From NCBI GenBank assembly GCA_963820895.1, contig CAWGBW010000004.1:10023-74022 (forward strand): 64,000 nt of DNA, written 5' to 3'. The position numbers were made by a program, and so were the translations under genes. The notes below the pieces were generated by a model that worked only from the letters and a program-made list of their open reading frames with translations, made no database searches and had not been told where the DNA came from. Positions 25,652-32,678 of the stretch are shown here, piece after piece (within the stretch, counting starts at the first letter, position 1; the number at the start of each line of letters is the position of its first letter). Source of the stretch: an uncultured Acidobacteriota bacterium (GTDB taxonomy: Bacteria > Acidobacteriota > Terriglobia > Terriglobales > Acidobacteriaceae).

Positions 25652-25743
25652 CAGGTCTCCATGGGCGATGTCCCACTATATTCAAGACTTTATATCCCAC
25701 CGACGAATTGTCTTCATGCCACGCGAGACATCCTCCACCCACC

Positions 25744-25820
25744 TCTCCACCTGTCGTAATATCCCCATCTCACTCATTCGTCGTCAATGAGGCAATATGT
25801 CCAATACTGATCAGTTTCGC
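25744..25820 (+). repeat. attC-like imperfect palindrome
   Basis: CTCCAC|CTGTCGTAATATCCCCATCTCACTCATTCG...GTCAATGAGGCAATATGTCCAATACTGATCAG|TTTCGC. Confidence 0.7.
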
Positions 25821-25866
25821 GTGTTGGAATGTGGGACCATCCTAGTAGAATCTGCGAAGGTGGATT

Positions 25867-26136
25867 ATGGCGCTGACAATCGTGGCAGTGATCTTCGGTG
25901 TTTTCGCTATTGGTCTGATCGTCCTGCTGATCTACAAGAGCACACTCACGATGCACAGGGATGATCAGTTGTTTCTGGATGACGCGAGTTCGCACATGCA
26001 CGCGGAGCAGACAGAACTGTTGACCAAGGTCAACCGGCTTATCATCCCCACGCGCGTGTTCGGCGTCGGGTCCGGTATATTTCTTATGGTGCTCACGACG
26101 ATGTGGCTCTACGAGAAGCTGAACGCAGTACAGTAG
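25867..26136 (+). CDS. Small 2-TM membrane protein (cassette ORF)
   Basis: 89-aa ORF with SD AAGGTGG and clean hydrophobic helices. The overlapping 180-aa minus-strand ORF has an implausible composition. Confidence 0.55.
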   Translation: MALTIVAVIFGVFAIGLIVLLIYKSTLTMHRDDQLFLDDASSHMHAEQTELLTKVNRLIIPTRVFGVGSGIFLMVLTTMWLYEKLNAVQ

Positions 26137-26199
26137 CGTCGAGAGCGTGCCACTTGCTTCATCCTGCCAGCATCCTTGCGTATCCAAGATGAAACCCAG

Positions 26200-26270
26200 C
26201 TCGTAGTTGGCGAAATACTTATTACGCCCAAGACCCGTAATGAGTGAAATGGTGATTGACCAAGGCTCTC
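26200..26270 (+). repeat. attC-like imperfect palindrome
   Basis: TCGTAG|TTGGCGAAATACTTATTAC...GTAATGAGTGAAATGGTGATTGACCAA|GGCTCT. Confidence 0.5.
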
Positions 26271-26316
26271 CTGAAATGTTCCCACTCAGTACCTCGGCGC
26301 CAATGTCCTTTGACAA

Positions 26317-26511
26317 TTAGCGCGATATGTCTTTGGGAACGGGTAGGATGAGTTGGCGCCGGGCAACGATCTTCCCCGGGCCGGTAAGGGATTTGCTGAC
26401 AGCCTCAAGCTCTTCAAAAGACCTCTGAATCGTGAACAGTTCTTCCCGAGCGGCTTCCAGTTGGTCGATTAGGCGGCTGATTGTTTTGGGCGATTTATTA
26501 GACTCCCGCAT
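26317..26511 (-). CDS. Small coiled-coil hypothetical protein (cassette ORF, weak)
   Basis: MRESNKSPKTISRLIDQLEAAREELFTIQRSFEELEAV... No clear SD. Confidence 0.3.
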   Translation of the reverse strand: MRESNKSPKTISRLIDQLEAAREELFTIQRSFEELEAVSKSLTGPGKIVARRQLILPVPKDISR

Positions 26512-26580
26512 AGTGCAGGAGAATCCGCTTTTCAGGGCAGAAAGTCGATACGGCAGATGCTGTACTTGCAACCACCCAGC

Positions 26581-26657
26581 ATGACACCTGTCGAAAAATC
26601 TCTATTACACTCATCACGAGAATCCATGAGCGAAATCATCTGAAACGTCAACCTCGG
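26581..26657 (+). repeat. attC-like imperfect palindrome
   Basis: ATGACAC|CTGTCGAAAAATCTCTATTACACTCATCACG...CCATGAGCGAAATCATCTGAAACGTCAA|CCTCGG. Confidence 0.7.
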
Positions 26658-26719
26658 GATCCTAATATCTCTAAACTCGGCTCGCACGTTGTCGAGATTC
26701 GCAAACAGGCTTTGTAAAT

Positions 26720-27112
26720 ATGGGAGGCACCGTGAGAGCAATCGTGTTGGTTGCGGTGATGGCTATCTTCATTCCTTTACTTGAGGCTGGCGGGCAGCCG
26801 GTTTCAGCCTCGACTCTTGTCCAAAATGGAACTCAGGCAAGCCTGTCCACTTTGAATCGCGGATACAGACCGAAAATTACGTTGCAGGCTGCTTTAAAGA
26901 TCGCGGAAGAATACGTCGCATCTGAGCACATCAATGTGTCGAACGGCTGGCTGTCAGAGGCGCGCTTCTTTCTCTACGGGGACGCGACCCAGGGCGGAGA
27001 CAAACAGCCCAGTTGGCTTTTCGTTTGGAACACAGACCGCGGTCCAGCGCGGACGCATGTCGACGTTGCCGTTTCGATGAATGGCAAGGCCATGCTTTTA
27101 CCTGCCATGTAG
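26720..27112 (+). CDS. Small secreted PepSY-like protein (cassette ORF)
   Basis: 130-aa ORF. The likely start is the GTG at 26732, after GGGAGG. Signal peptide present. Confidence 0.5.
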   Translation: MGGTVRAIVLVAVMAIFIPLLEAGGQPVSASTLVQNGTQASLSTLNRGYRPKITLQAALKIAEEYVASEHINVSNGWLSEARFFLYGDATQGGDKQPSWLFVWNTDRGPARTHVDVAVSMNGKAMLLPAM

Positions 27113-27135
27113 ATTCGCCCACGTAGCTTTCTCTC

Positions 27136-27312
27136 TCTCGAACTGTTGATGCCTCGCGGTCGGACTCCTGAAAACGGTAAGCAATCGACTCCAACGCGAG
27201 ATTCTCGAAAAATCCCGACGGTCCGCAACTTTTCGGTTTTCCATCTTCGTGGTTGCAAAAATCTGCGCACTTCCCACAATGGATCGGCTGCCGGTACTGA
27301 CGTCTGTCCTGT
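27136..27312 (+). repeat. Cluster of 2-3 degenerate tandem attC-like elements (right edge of the array)
   Basis: CTCGAAC|TGTTGATG..., CTCCAAC|GCGAGATTCTCGAAAAATCCCGAC...TCTTCGTG|GTTGCAAAAATCTGCGCAC...GATCGGCTGCCGGTACTGACGTCTG|TCC. Confidence 0.4.
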
Positions 27313-27380
27313 ATCGCGCTTTGTCTATGCAGAATGAGGAAAATGGGGCACAATCAGGCGGGGCATGGAGGGTAGGCTGA

Positions 27381-27869
27381 TTGAAGATTTCGCAGAAGGG
27401 ACTTTATGCATTACAGGCGATGATGACGCTGGCTCGGCGCCACGACCAGGGAGCGATCAAGATTCGCGACATCGCCGCCGAAAGTGATCTGCCCGAGAAA
27501 TTCCTCGAACTGATTTTGCTGGAGCTTAAGAACGCTCGCATCGTCGACAGCGTTCGCGGAGCCCGCGGAGGCTATCAACTCCGTCGCGCTCCATCGGAAA
27601 TTCCCTTGAGCGACGTGATCCGCCTTGTCGACGGTCCGCTGGCGCCGATGGGAGATGCCGAGCAGCTTCGCGGCCTCATCGCCAAAGATGCCGACCATCG
27701 CGCGCTCTACGAAGTGTTCCTCGCCGTGCGCGACGCCGCCGCAAAAATCCTTGAACATACCACCATCGCCGACCTGGTCGAGGGAAAAGGGAAGAAATCA
27801 CCGGGCGCGAAGGGCGGTCCGACCTTGTCTAAACCGGGTCTCGGAAAGAAAAAAGCCACCGGAGCGTAA
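27381..27869 (+). CDS. Rrf2 family transcriptional regulator
   Basis: KGLYALQAMMTLA...SVRGARGGYQL, the Rrf2 wHTH signature. TTG start. Confidence 0.85.
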   Translation: MKISQKGLYALQAMMTLARRHDQGAIKIRDIAAESDLPEKFLELILLELKNARIVDSVRGARGGYQLRRAPSEIPLSDVIRLVDGPLAPMGDAEQLRGLIAKDADHRALYEVFLAVRDAAAKILEHTTIADLVEGKGKKSPGAKGGPTLSKPGLGKKKATGA

Positions 27870-27932
27870 TTCGCTCCGGGGCTTCAAGGTTCCTCCCGGC
27901 TGCCCAGGCTTCTTCGCGACACTCGGTCGCAG

Positions 27933-28397
27933 CTAGATCAGCCCTTCGAGGCGGACGTAGCTCGCTTCCATCCCGTGCTCCATTCCCGTGGCGAGCATGG
28001 CATCCAGCGTTTTCTTGTCCGGCAAGGTCATGCGCATCGTCATCAACGTCCCGGAGCCGTCGGAATCGAATCGCGTTTCAATGTGATTGTCGGGAGTAGG
28101 ATCCGGGAGATGCATCCGCTCGACGTGGACAATCTTGCTGTACGGCTTGAGTTCCACATACTCCCCGGTCAGATGGAATCCGCCGGCCCTGCCGTCCGTC
28201 CACTCGTAGCGGATCTTGCCGCCTGGCCTGGGTTCACTGATGCACACGGGCATCGTCCACCCATCGGGACCAAGCATCCACTTCTGAACGATCTTCGGAT
28301 CCGTGTGCGCCTGATATACCTACTCGGGAGGCGCGGCGAATCGCCTCGTCACCACGATATGAGTATCGCCTTCGGTCTTCAACGTCATCTTGCTCAT
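27933..28397 (-). pseudogene. SRPBCC (AHSA1/Aha1-like) gene interrupted by an in-frame TAG
   Basis: The ATG at 28397 overlaps the ArsR stop (ATGA). The product reads MSKMTLKTEGDTHIVVTRRFAAPPE-TAG(28322-28320)-VYQAHTDPKIVQKWMLGPDGW..., continuing in the same frame to 27933. Confidence 0.65.
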
Positions 28398-28729
28398 TTC
28401 TTCTCTCCTTCTTGTGCTGGTGGGGCGGCGAGAACTTCGTCCAGCCGCTCGTAGTTGCGTTGCAATGCTTTTCGAAGCATGCCTAGCCATTGATCCATCG
28501 CCTCGACCCCGGCTTTCGCCAACCGCCGGGGACGCTTCGTGCCATCAATCCGCCGAATGATCAGTCCTGCTTCCTCGAGAACTTTCAGATGTTGAGAGAT
28601 CGCCGGCTGCGTCATCTCGAACGGCTTCGCCAGTTCAGTGACAGTCGCTTCTCCTAACGCGAGGCGCGAAAGGATCGCGCGCCGCGTGGGATCGGCAAGT
28701 GCTGCGAAGGCTGAATCGAGGCGCTCCAT
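28394..28729 (-). CDS. ArsR/SmtB family transcriptional regulator
   Basis: LADPTRRAILSRLALGEATVTELAKPFEMTQPAISQHLKVL. Confidence 0.85.
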   Translation of the reverse strand: MERLDSAFAALADPTRRAILSRLALGEATVTELAKPFEMTQPAISQHLKVLEEAGLIIRRIDGTKRPRRLAKAGVEAMDQWLGMLRKALQRNYERLDEVLAAPPAQEGEKK

Positions 28730-28948
28730 ATAAAAGTAATAACTTATATAAGTAAATGACTATCGTCAAGTGGATGGATGGAGGAGGCCGATTGCCTGTC
28801 ATCCATACACATGAAAGGAAAAGGTTTGTAGGGGAATTATTGCTGTCGAATACCAGATTCACCCCGCCAACAACCAAGGTAGACGGCGTCATCTGATTTC
28901 AGGGTTGAAGAACAGCTTCTTCGAAATGAAGAACTTTGGAGGTCCGAA

Positions 28949-29923
28949 ATGAAGACGAGATTCTTACTACTGGTGGCTCTGACTGCCGCGTTGGGACTGC
29001 CTGCACTCAGTCAATCAAGCCGGCTATCTCCCGACGACCAACACGATTTCGACAAAGCCTACAACAAGTGGGTGAACGACACGCGCAAAAACGACCGAGA
29101 TGACATCGCCAAGGATATTCGCAGGATGCAGGAGATCATGGCGCGCAACAACATCCCGGCCAACGTCCCGTACGATCAACTCGCCAGCACGGGCAACGGA
29201 TACCAGCGCGGATACCAGGCGCAACTCACCGCGCAGGATCAGCAGGAGTTTGATAAGTACTACACGAAATGGGTGAACGATACGCGGAAGAATGACCGCG
29301 ACGATATCGACCGTGACATCCGCAAGATGCAGGACATCATGGCGCGTAACAACATTCCGCCGGATGTCCCGTTTAATCAGATCGCCAGCACCGGTTACAC
29401 AAGTCACGGCGCCGGATATGACAACGGTTACAACAATGCCGCGGCGTATCCGCAAAACACGCCCAGCCAGATCCGCCTGTCAGCGGAAGACCAGCGCGAC
29501 TTCGACCGCTACTACTCGCAATGGATCGACGACACGCGCCGTATGGATCGCGACAACGCCGACCGCGACGTGCGCCACATGCAGGACATTATGGCGCGGA
29601 ATAACATTCCACCCGATGTCGCGTACAACCAGGTCGCGACTCCCGGCGGATATCAGAACAATAGTGGATCTCAAAACAACAGCTACAGCAACAATAGCTA
29701 TGCGGGCGGAGGAACCGCTTACGGACAATCCAGGCTTTCGCCGGAGGACCAGCGCGAGTTCGATAAGGTCTACGCCAAGTTCGTAAACGACAGCCGCAAA
29801 AAAGATGACGATGATCTGCAAAAGGACGCGCGCAAGCTGCAGGACATCATGGTGCGGAACAACATTCCGTCAAACATTCCGTACGATCAGATCGCCTCGC
29901 CCAATGCGGGATACGGGCACTAG
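28949..29923 (+). CDS. Secreted protein made of four ~75-aa tandem repeats
   Basis: Signal peptide, then 4x (R)LSxxDQxxFDKxYxKWVNDTRKNDRDDIxxDIRxMQDIMARNNIPxxVPYxQIAS separated by N/Y/G-rich linkers. Confidence 0.75.
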   Translation: MKTRFLLLVALTAALGLPALSQSSRLSPDDQHDFDKAYNKWVNDTRKNDRDDIAKDIRRMQEIMARNNIPANVPYDQLASTGNGYQRGYQAQLTAQDQQEFDKYYTKWVNDTRKNDRDDIDRDIRKMQDIMARNNIPPDVPFNQIASTGYTSHGAGYDNGYNNAAAYPQNTPSQIRLSAEDQRDFDRYYSQWIDDTRRMDRDNADRDVRHMQDIMARNNIPPDVAYNQVATPGGYQNNSGSQNNSYSNNSYAGGGTAYGQSRLSPEDQREFDKVYAKFVNDSRKKDDDDLQKDARKLQDIMVRNNIPSNIPYDQIASPNAGYGH

Positions 29924-29941
29924 CCAGGTGAACTCTCTATC

Positions 29942-29973
29942 GGAGCACGGTTCGTCCGTGCTCCTTATTTTTT
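29942..29973 (+). terminator. Rho-independent terminator between convergent genes
   Basis: GGAGCACGG-TTCGT-CCGTGCTCC followed by TTATTTTTT. It overlaps the stop of the minus-strand ORF. Confidence 0.75.
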
Positions 29974-30969
29974 GAACCAGTACAGCAGGATGCCGTAGCC
30001 CACGCCCGCGGGATCGGTGGTGCGCGCGGTCTGGAATGCCATGAAGCGGCCATCGGTCGAAAGCACTGGATTTGACGCCTTGCCGCCCTCGTAGTCATTG
30101 AAGTGTGTCAGTCGCGTGAAGTCTTTCCCGGTGCCGTCTAGGCGTAGCTTCCAGATATCGATGTTTCCGGCACCGCGTGGTCCGCCAAGCTGTTCACACT
30201 GGCGATCGGCTTCGACAGCCGCGTACTGGCCGTCGGGAAAAATTCCTTCCACCTCGTTGTACGAGCCGGGCGCCTTCGAGAAATTCGTCACTTGCCCGCT
30301 TTGCAAATCGATTCCCATGACAGACGCGAGCCCGCCGGGCTCGTAACAAGTGAAGGTCATCTTGCTGTCATTGTCGTAGAAATCCTGCGCTTCGATTACG
30401 CAGTTTCGATCCTTACTCTCGTAGAGCGTTTTCTGATTGATCAGCCTCGGAGTTGAAGACAGATCGACGTCGGCCACGATCAGGAGGGACGCTCCCGGCG
30501 CCAGATCGGGAGCCTGCTCGGCCGTCTGTGAAAATGCGATCTTCAAGCTCTTCTTCGAGACGGCGACCCCTTCACTCATCTTCTGCCCAAACTTGACTGG
30601 CTTCGCGCCGCGCTGTTTGCTCAGGAACCACAGCTCGTTGTCACGCGTACGGCTGGCGTGGATATTCTCGAAATGATCGGGACCGATGAGGATGTAGTCG
30701 CCGGTCGTCAGATGCATCACGCGCAGAAAGACGGCAGCCGGCACATTGCAGGTCAGGCAGCGAATCTCGCGCGATTTCAAGTCGATGACCATCGCATCGC
30801 CGAAGCTCTTGGCCATGAACGCCACCCGCCGATTGTCGGGGGAGATATCGGCACGTTCTCCGAAGTGAGTGAGCACTTCGATGTTTGAGGGCAAGTGCTC
30901 CAGCGGATCAGCGGTCGATCGCTGACCCACCGGTAAAATCAGAGCCAGGATAGCGACAAGGATCCGCAT
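29965..30969 (-). CDS. Secreted beta-propeller (TolB/PD40-like) protein
   Basis: 334-aa ORF with a signal peptide and repeated ...SPDG/DGR..AF strand motifs. Confidence 0.6.
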   Translation of the reverse strand: MRILVAILALILPVGQRSTADPLEHLPSNIEVLTHFGERADISPDNRRVAFMAKSFGDAMVIDLKSREIRCLTCNVPAAVFLRVMHLTTGDYILIGPDHFENIHASRTRDNELWFLSKQRGAKPVKFGQKMSEGVAVSKKSLKIAFSQTAEQAPDLAPGASLLIVADVDLSSTPRLINQKTLYESKDRNCVIEAQDFYDNDSKMTFTCYEPGGLASVMGIDLQSGQVTNFSKAPGSYNEVEGIFPDGQYAAVEADRQCEQLGGPRGAGNIDIWKLRLDGTGKDFTRLTHFNDYEGGKASNPVLSTDGRFMAFQTARTTDPAGVGYGILLYWFKK

Positions 30970-31269
30970 TCCGGAATCCTACCAAAGGGAATCGTTGAAT
31001 TGCTCGACTGGCGCAGGAAGTGCGTGATTTTCACAGCTGAGCAAAGCAGAAAGTTCGCACGGCCAGATTGATCCTGTTCGAATACTGCGCGGAAAGCCGC
31101 GCAGAGAGCGGGTTTCACATCAAAATGAAATCCGTCTCTGCACAATTTCCGGTCACAGGCCTGTGAACGGCGTGCACTCGATTGAAAACAAGTGTAGTTA
31201 GGAAGGCGTGTTTTTCGTTGACGTAAAAGATAGAAGGAGTACAACAGGATCGTTCTTTGACAGCTTCTT

Positions 31270-31585
31270 AAGTTTTTCCGGTTGGTGCGGCGTCCGGGGC
31301 TCAAGCGAAGTCACCTTCGAAATCGCGAGATGGAGAAGGAGGGCAAGTAAGGGTCTATAGCAAAGCGCTGGTCGAGGCGAACGAAGAAGAAATGTTGAAG
31401 GCAGGATAGAGTTCCGAGGAGTAGGGTAGGTTTATCCGGTTGGCGGTGAGCCCGGAGCCCAAGCAAAGATCGCGCGCTGGTCCCCGCAAGGGAAACAGCG
31501 AAAGCAGGTCGAGCGAGGGTCATTAAGCGAGCTACTGGCCGAGACGAATGGACCCCACACCACCTCGGAACTCTCTTACTTTCCA
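31270..31585 (+). ncRNA. Candidate structured RNA (unassigned family, strand uncertain)
   Basis: No credible ORF. The plus strand is purine-rich. There are 33-nt direct repeats at 31278-31310 and 31436-31468, a perfect 12-bp complement between 31408-31419 and 31563-31574, and a 9-bp (+1 bulge) complement between 31294-31303 and 31447-31455. Confidence 0.3.
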
Positions 31586-31605
31586 GCCTTGCTTCTCTGC
31601 GTTGA

Positions 31606-32538
31606 TCACTGACGTCCTGCCATCTGGTCCGCGTGTCGTTGACTCCGCGGCAATTCAATATCAATTCCAACCATCGGGCCGTATACGTTGATGCCGTAAT
31701 TTGAATATTGCGGCGACGACAAGTTGCCGTTTGACAAGTGCATCCAGTTCAGGCCGGCGGAAATTGCATAGCGAGGGTTGATCTGGTAGCGCATCCCGGC
31801 GCCCATATTGATGTTGAAAGTGAAGTTCTGTCCTTGGGCGTAATAGACCCCTAGCGGTCCCTTGGCATTGATAAATCCCATGCCGGCGCGCACATCCCAG
31901 TAGGGCACGGCCCGCCAGTTCCGCGGAATGAAGTTGCGCCGCAGTCCCATGTCGTACGAAAAATACCGTGTCTCCGGGCCTCGCGGAATCGCAGTAGCGG
32001 ATGCCGTGAACGTGAGGTCCCAGTTGCCGCGCAAAACCGGCGGTCCCCAAATGCCACCCAGTTGCCATCGCACCGATGCCAGTACTGGAACCAGCGTGTA
32101 GCGGAGCGGGTACAAGTCATAGGGATCGCCTTCGAAAACGTCGAAGGGAAAGGGGACGTTGATGGGAAGCCATCCGACATCGAGAGAGAATTCAAGCTTG
32201 TGCCTAAAGAAGATGGTCTCGTTGAAGTCAGGCCTCGAGCGGCGTCGACTGACGACCAGCGGCGGGGTGCTGGGATTTCCCGTGGAACTCAACGTTGCCA
32301 TTGATTTCTGTCCAGGTGCGGAGCCGTTAACCTGGTCGCTGCTCAAATCCGAACTGTCGATGGAAGCCTGATCGATGCCAAGATTCGCGGCCCGATCGCC
32401 ACATCGTTGAGCTTCCGCGAGCGGCGCGAGAATGCTCAGCCCGGCCAGCAGGACGACCATGGCGACGTTGGCCCTATGGATTTCATTGTATGTACGGGAA
32501 AGTACTACGTACGCTTTTCCATCCGCCGGTGGCGTCAA
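31606..32538 (-). CDS. Acyloxyacyl hydrolase / PagL-like outer-membrane beta-barrel
   Basis: 310-aa ORF with alternating beta-strand pattern. The ...NWMHLSNGNL...YGINVYGPMVGIDIE end resembles lipid A deacylase-like proteins. Confidence 0.6.
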   Translation of the reverse strand: MTPPADGKAYVVLSRTYNEIHRANVAMVVLLAGLSILAPLAEAQRCGDRAANLGIDQASIDSSDLSSDQVNGSAPGQKSMATLSSTGNPSTPPLVVSRRRSRPDFNETIFFRHKLEFSLDVGWLPINVPFPFDVFEGDPYDLYPLRYTLVPVLASVRWQLGGIWGPPVLRGNWDLTFTASATAIPRGPETRYFSYDMGLRRNFIPRNWRAVPYWDVRAGMGFINAKGPLGVYYAQGQNFTFNINMGAGMRYQINPRYAISAGLNWMHLSNGNLSSPQYSNYGINVYGPMVGIDIELPRSQRHADQMAGRQ

Positions 32539-32678
32539 GAGCGTCGTCCTCTTTCAGCGATTCCCGGGAGGAAATCACTGCCCAGCGCCTGTTACGATGC
32601 TGGTCCAACCTGGCGAAGTTGGCTGCAAATTTCACCCGCTCCTGATATCCCGAGTCGGATTCTAGATACCCGGGAGTC

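Larger units (their letters stand above)
7585..27312 (+). other. Integron-like gene-cassette array (cluster of attC-like sites, no integrase in the window)
   Basis: About 25 same-polarity imperfect palindromes share a consensus: ..AAC|TGTTGGCGAAAAATCGCGATTACACTCATTGA-loop-TCAATGAGCGnTATCGCCTGGTTTCGTCAG|TT... Each pair is separated by 0.4-1.6 kb, usually with one ORF. Confidence 0.7.

Noticed and set aside
25774-26571. A 266-codon minus-strand frame interrupted by one TAA (ORFs 26317..26571 and 25774..26316), a possible pseudogene
   Set aside because: The lower part has a non-protein-like composition (H/R/Q/C-rich). It overlaps a clean 2-TM plus-strand ORF, and an attC-like repeat (26200-26270) sits in the middle. 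The contiguity of the frame is fortuitous.
7585-27312. Reading the regularly spaced repeats as a CRISPR array
   Set aside because: The repeats are 48-140 bp imperfect palindromes of variable sequence and length. The 'spacers' are 0.4-1.6 kb and contain genes. No cas genes are present.
31270-31585. Assigning the candidate RNA to RNase P RNA, tmRNA, SRP RNA, 6S RNA or a glycine/cobalamin/c-di-GMP riboswitch
   Set aside because: None of the hallmark conserved strings I know for these families are visible (for example GGAAAGTCCGG for RNase P, or a tRNA-like end with GGTTCGA...CCA for tmRNA). It is left unassigned.
30939-31670. ORFs 30939..31304 (-) and 31311..31670 (-) as protein genes
   Set aside because: They are Arg/Ser/Leu-rich and low-complexity, lack an SD and have no recognisable domains. 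The region is better described as non-coding (candidate RNA).
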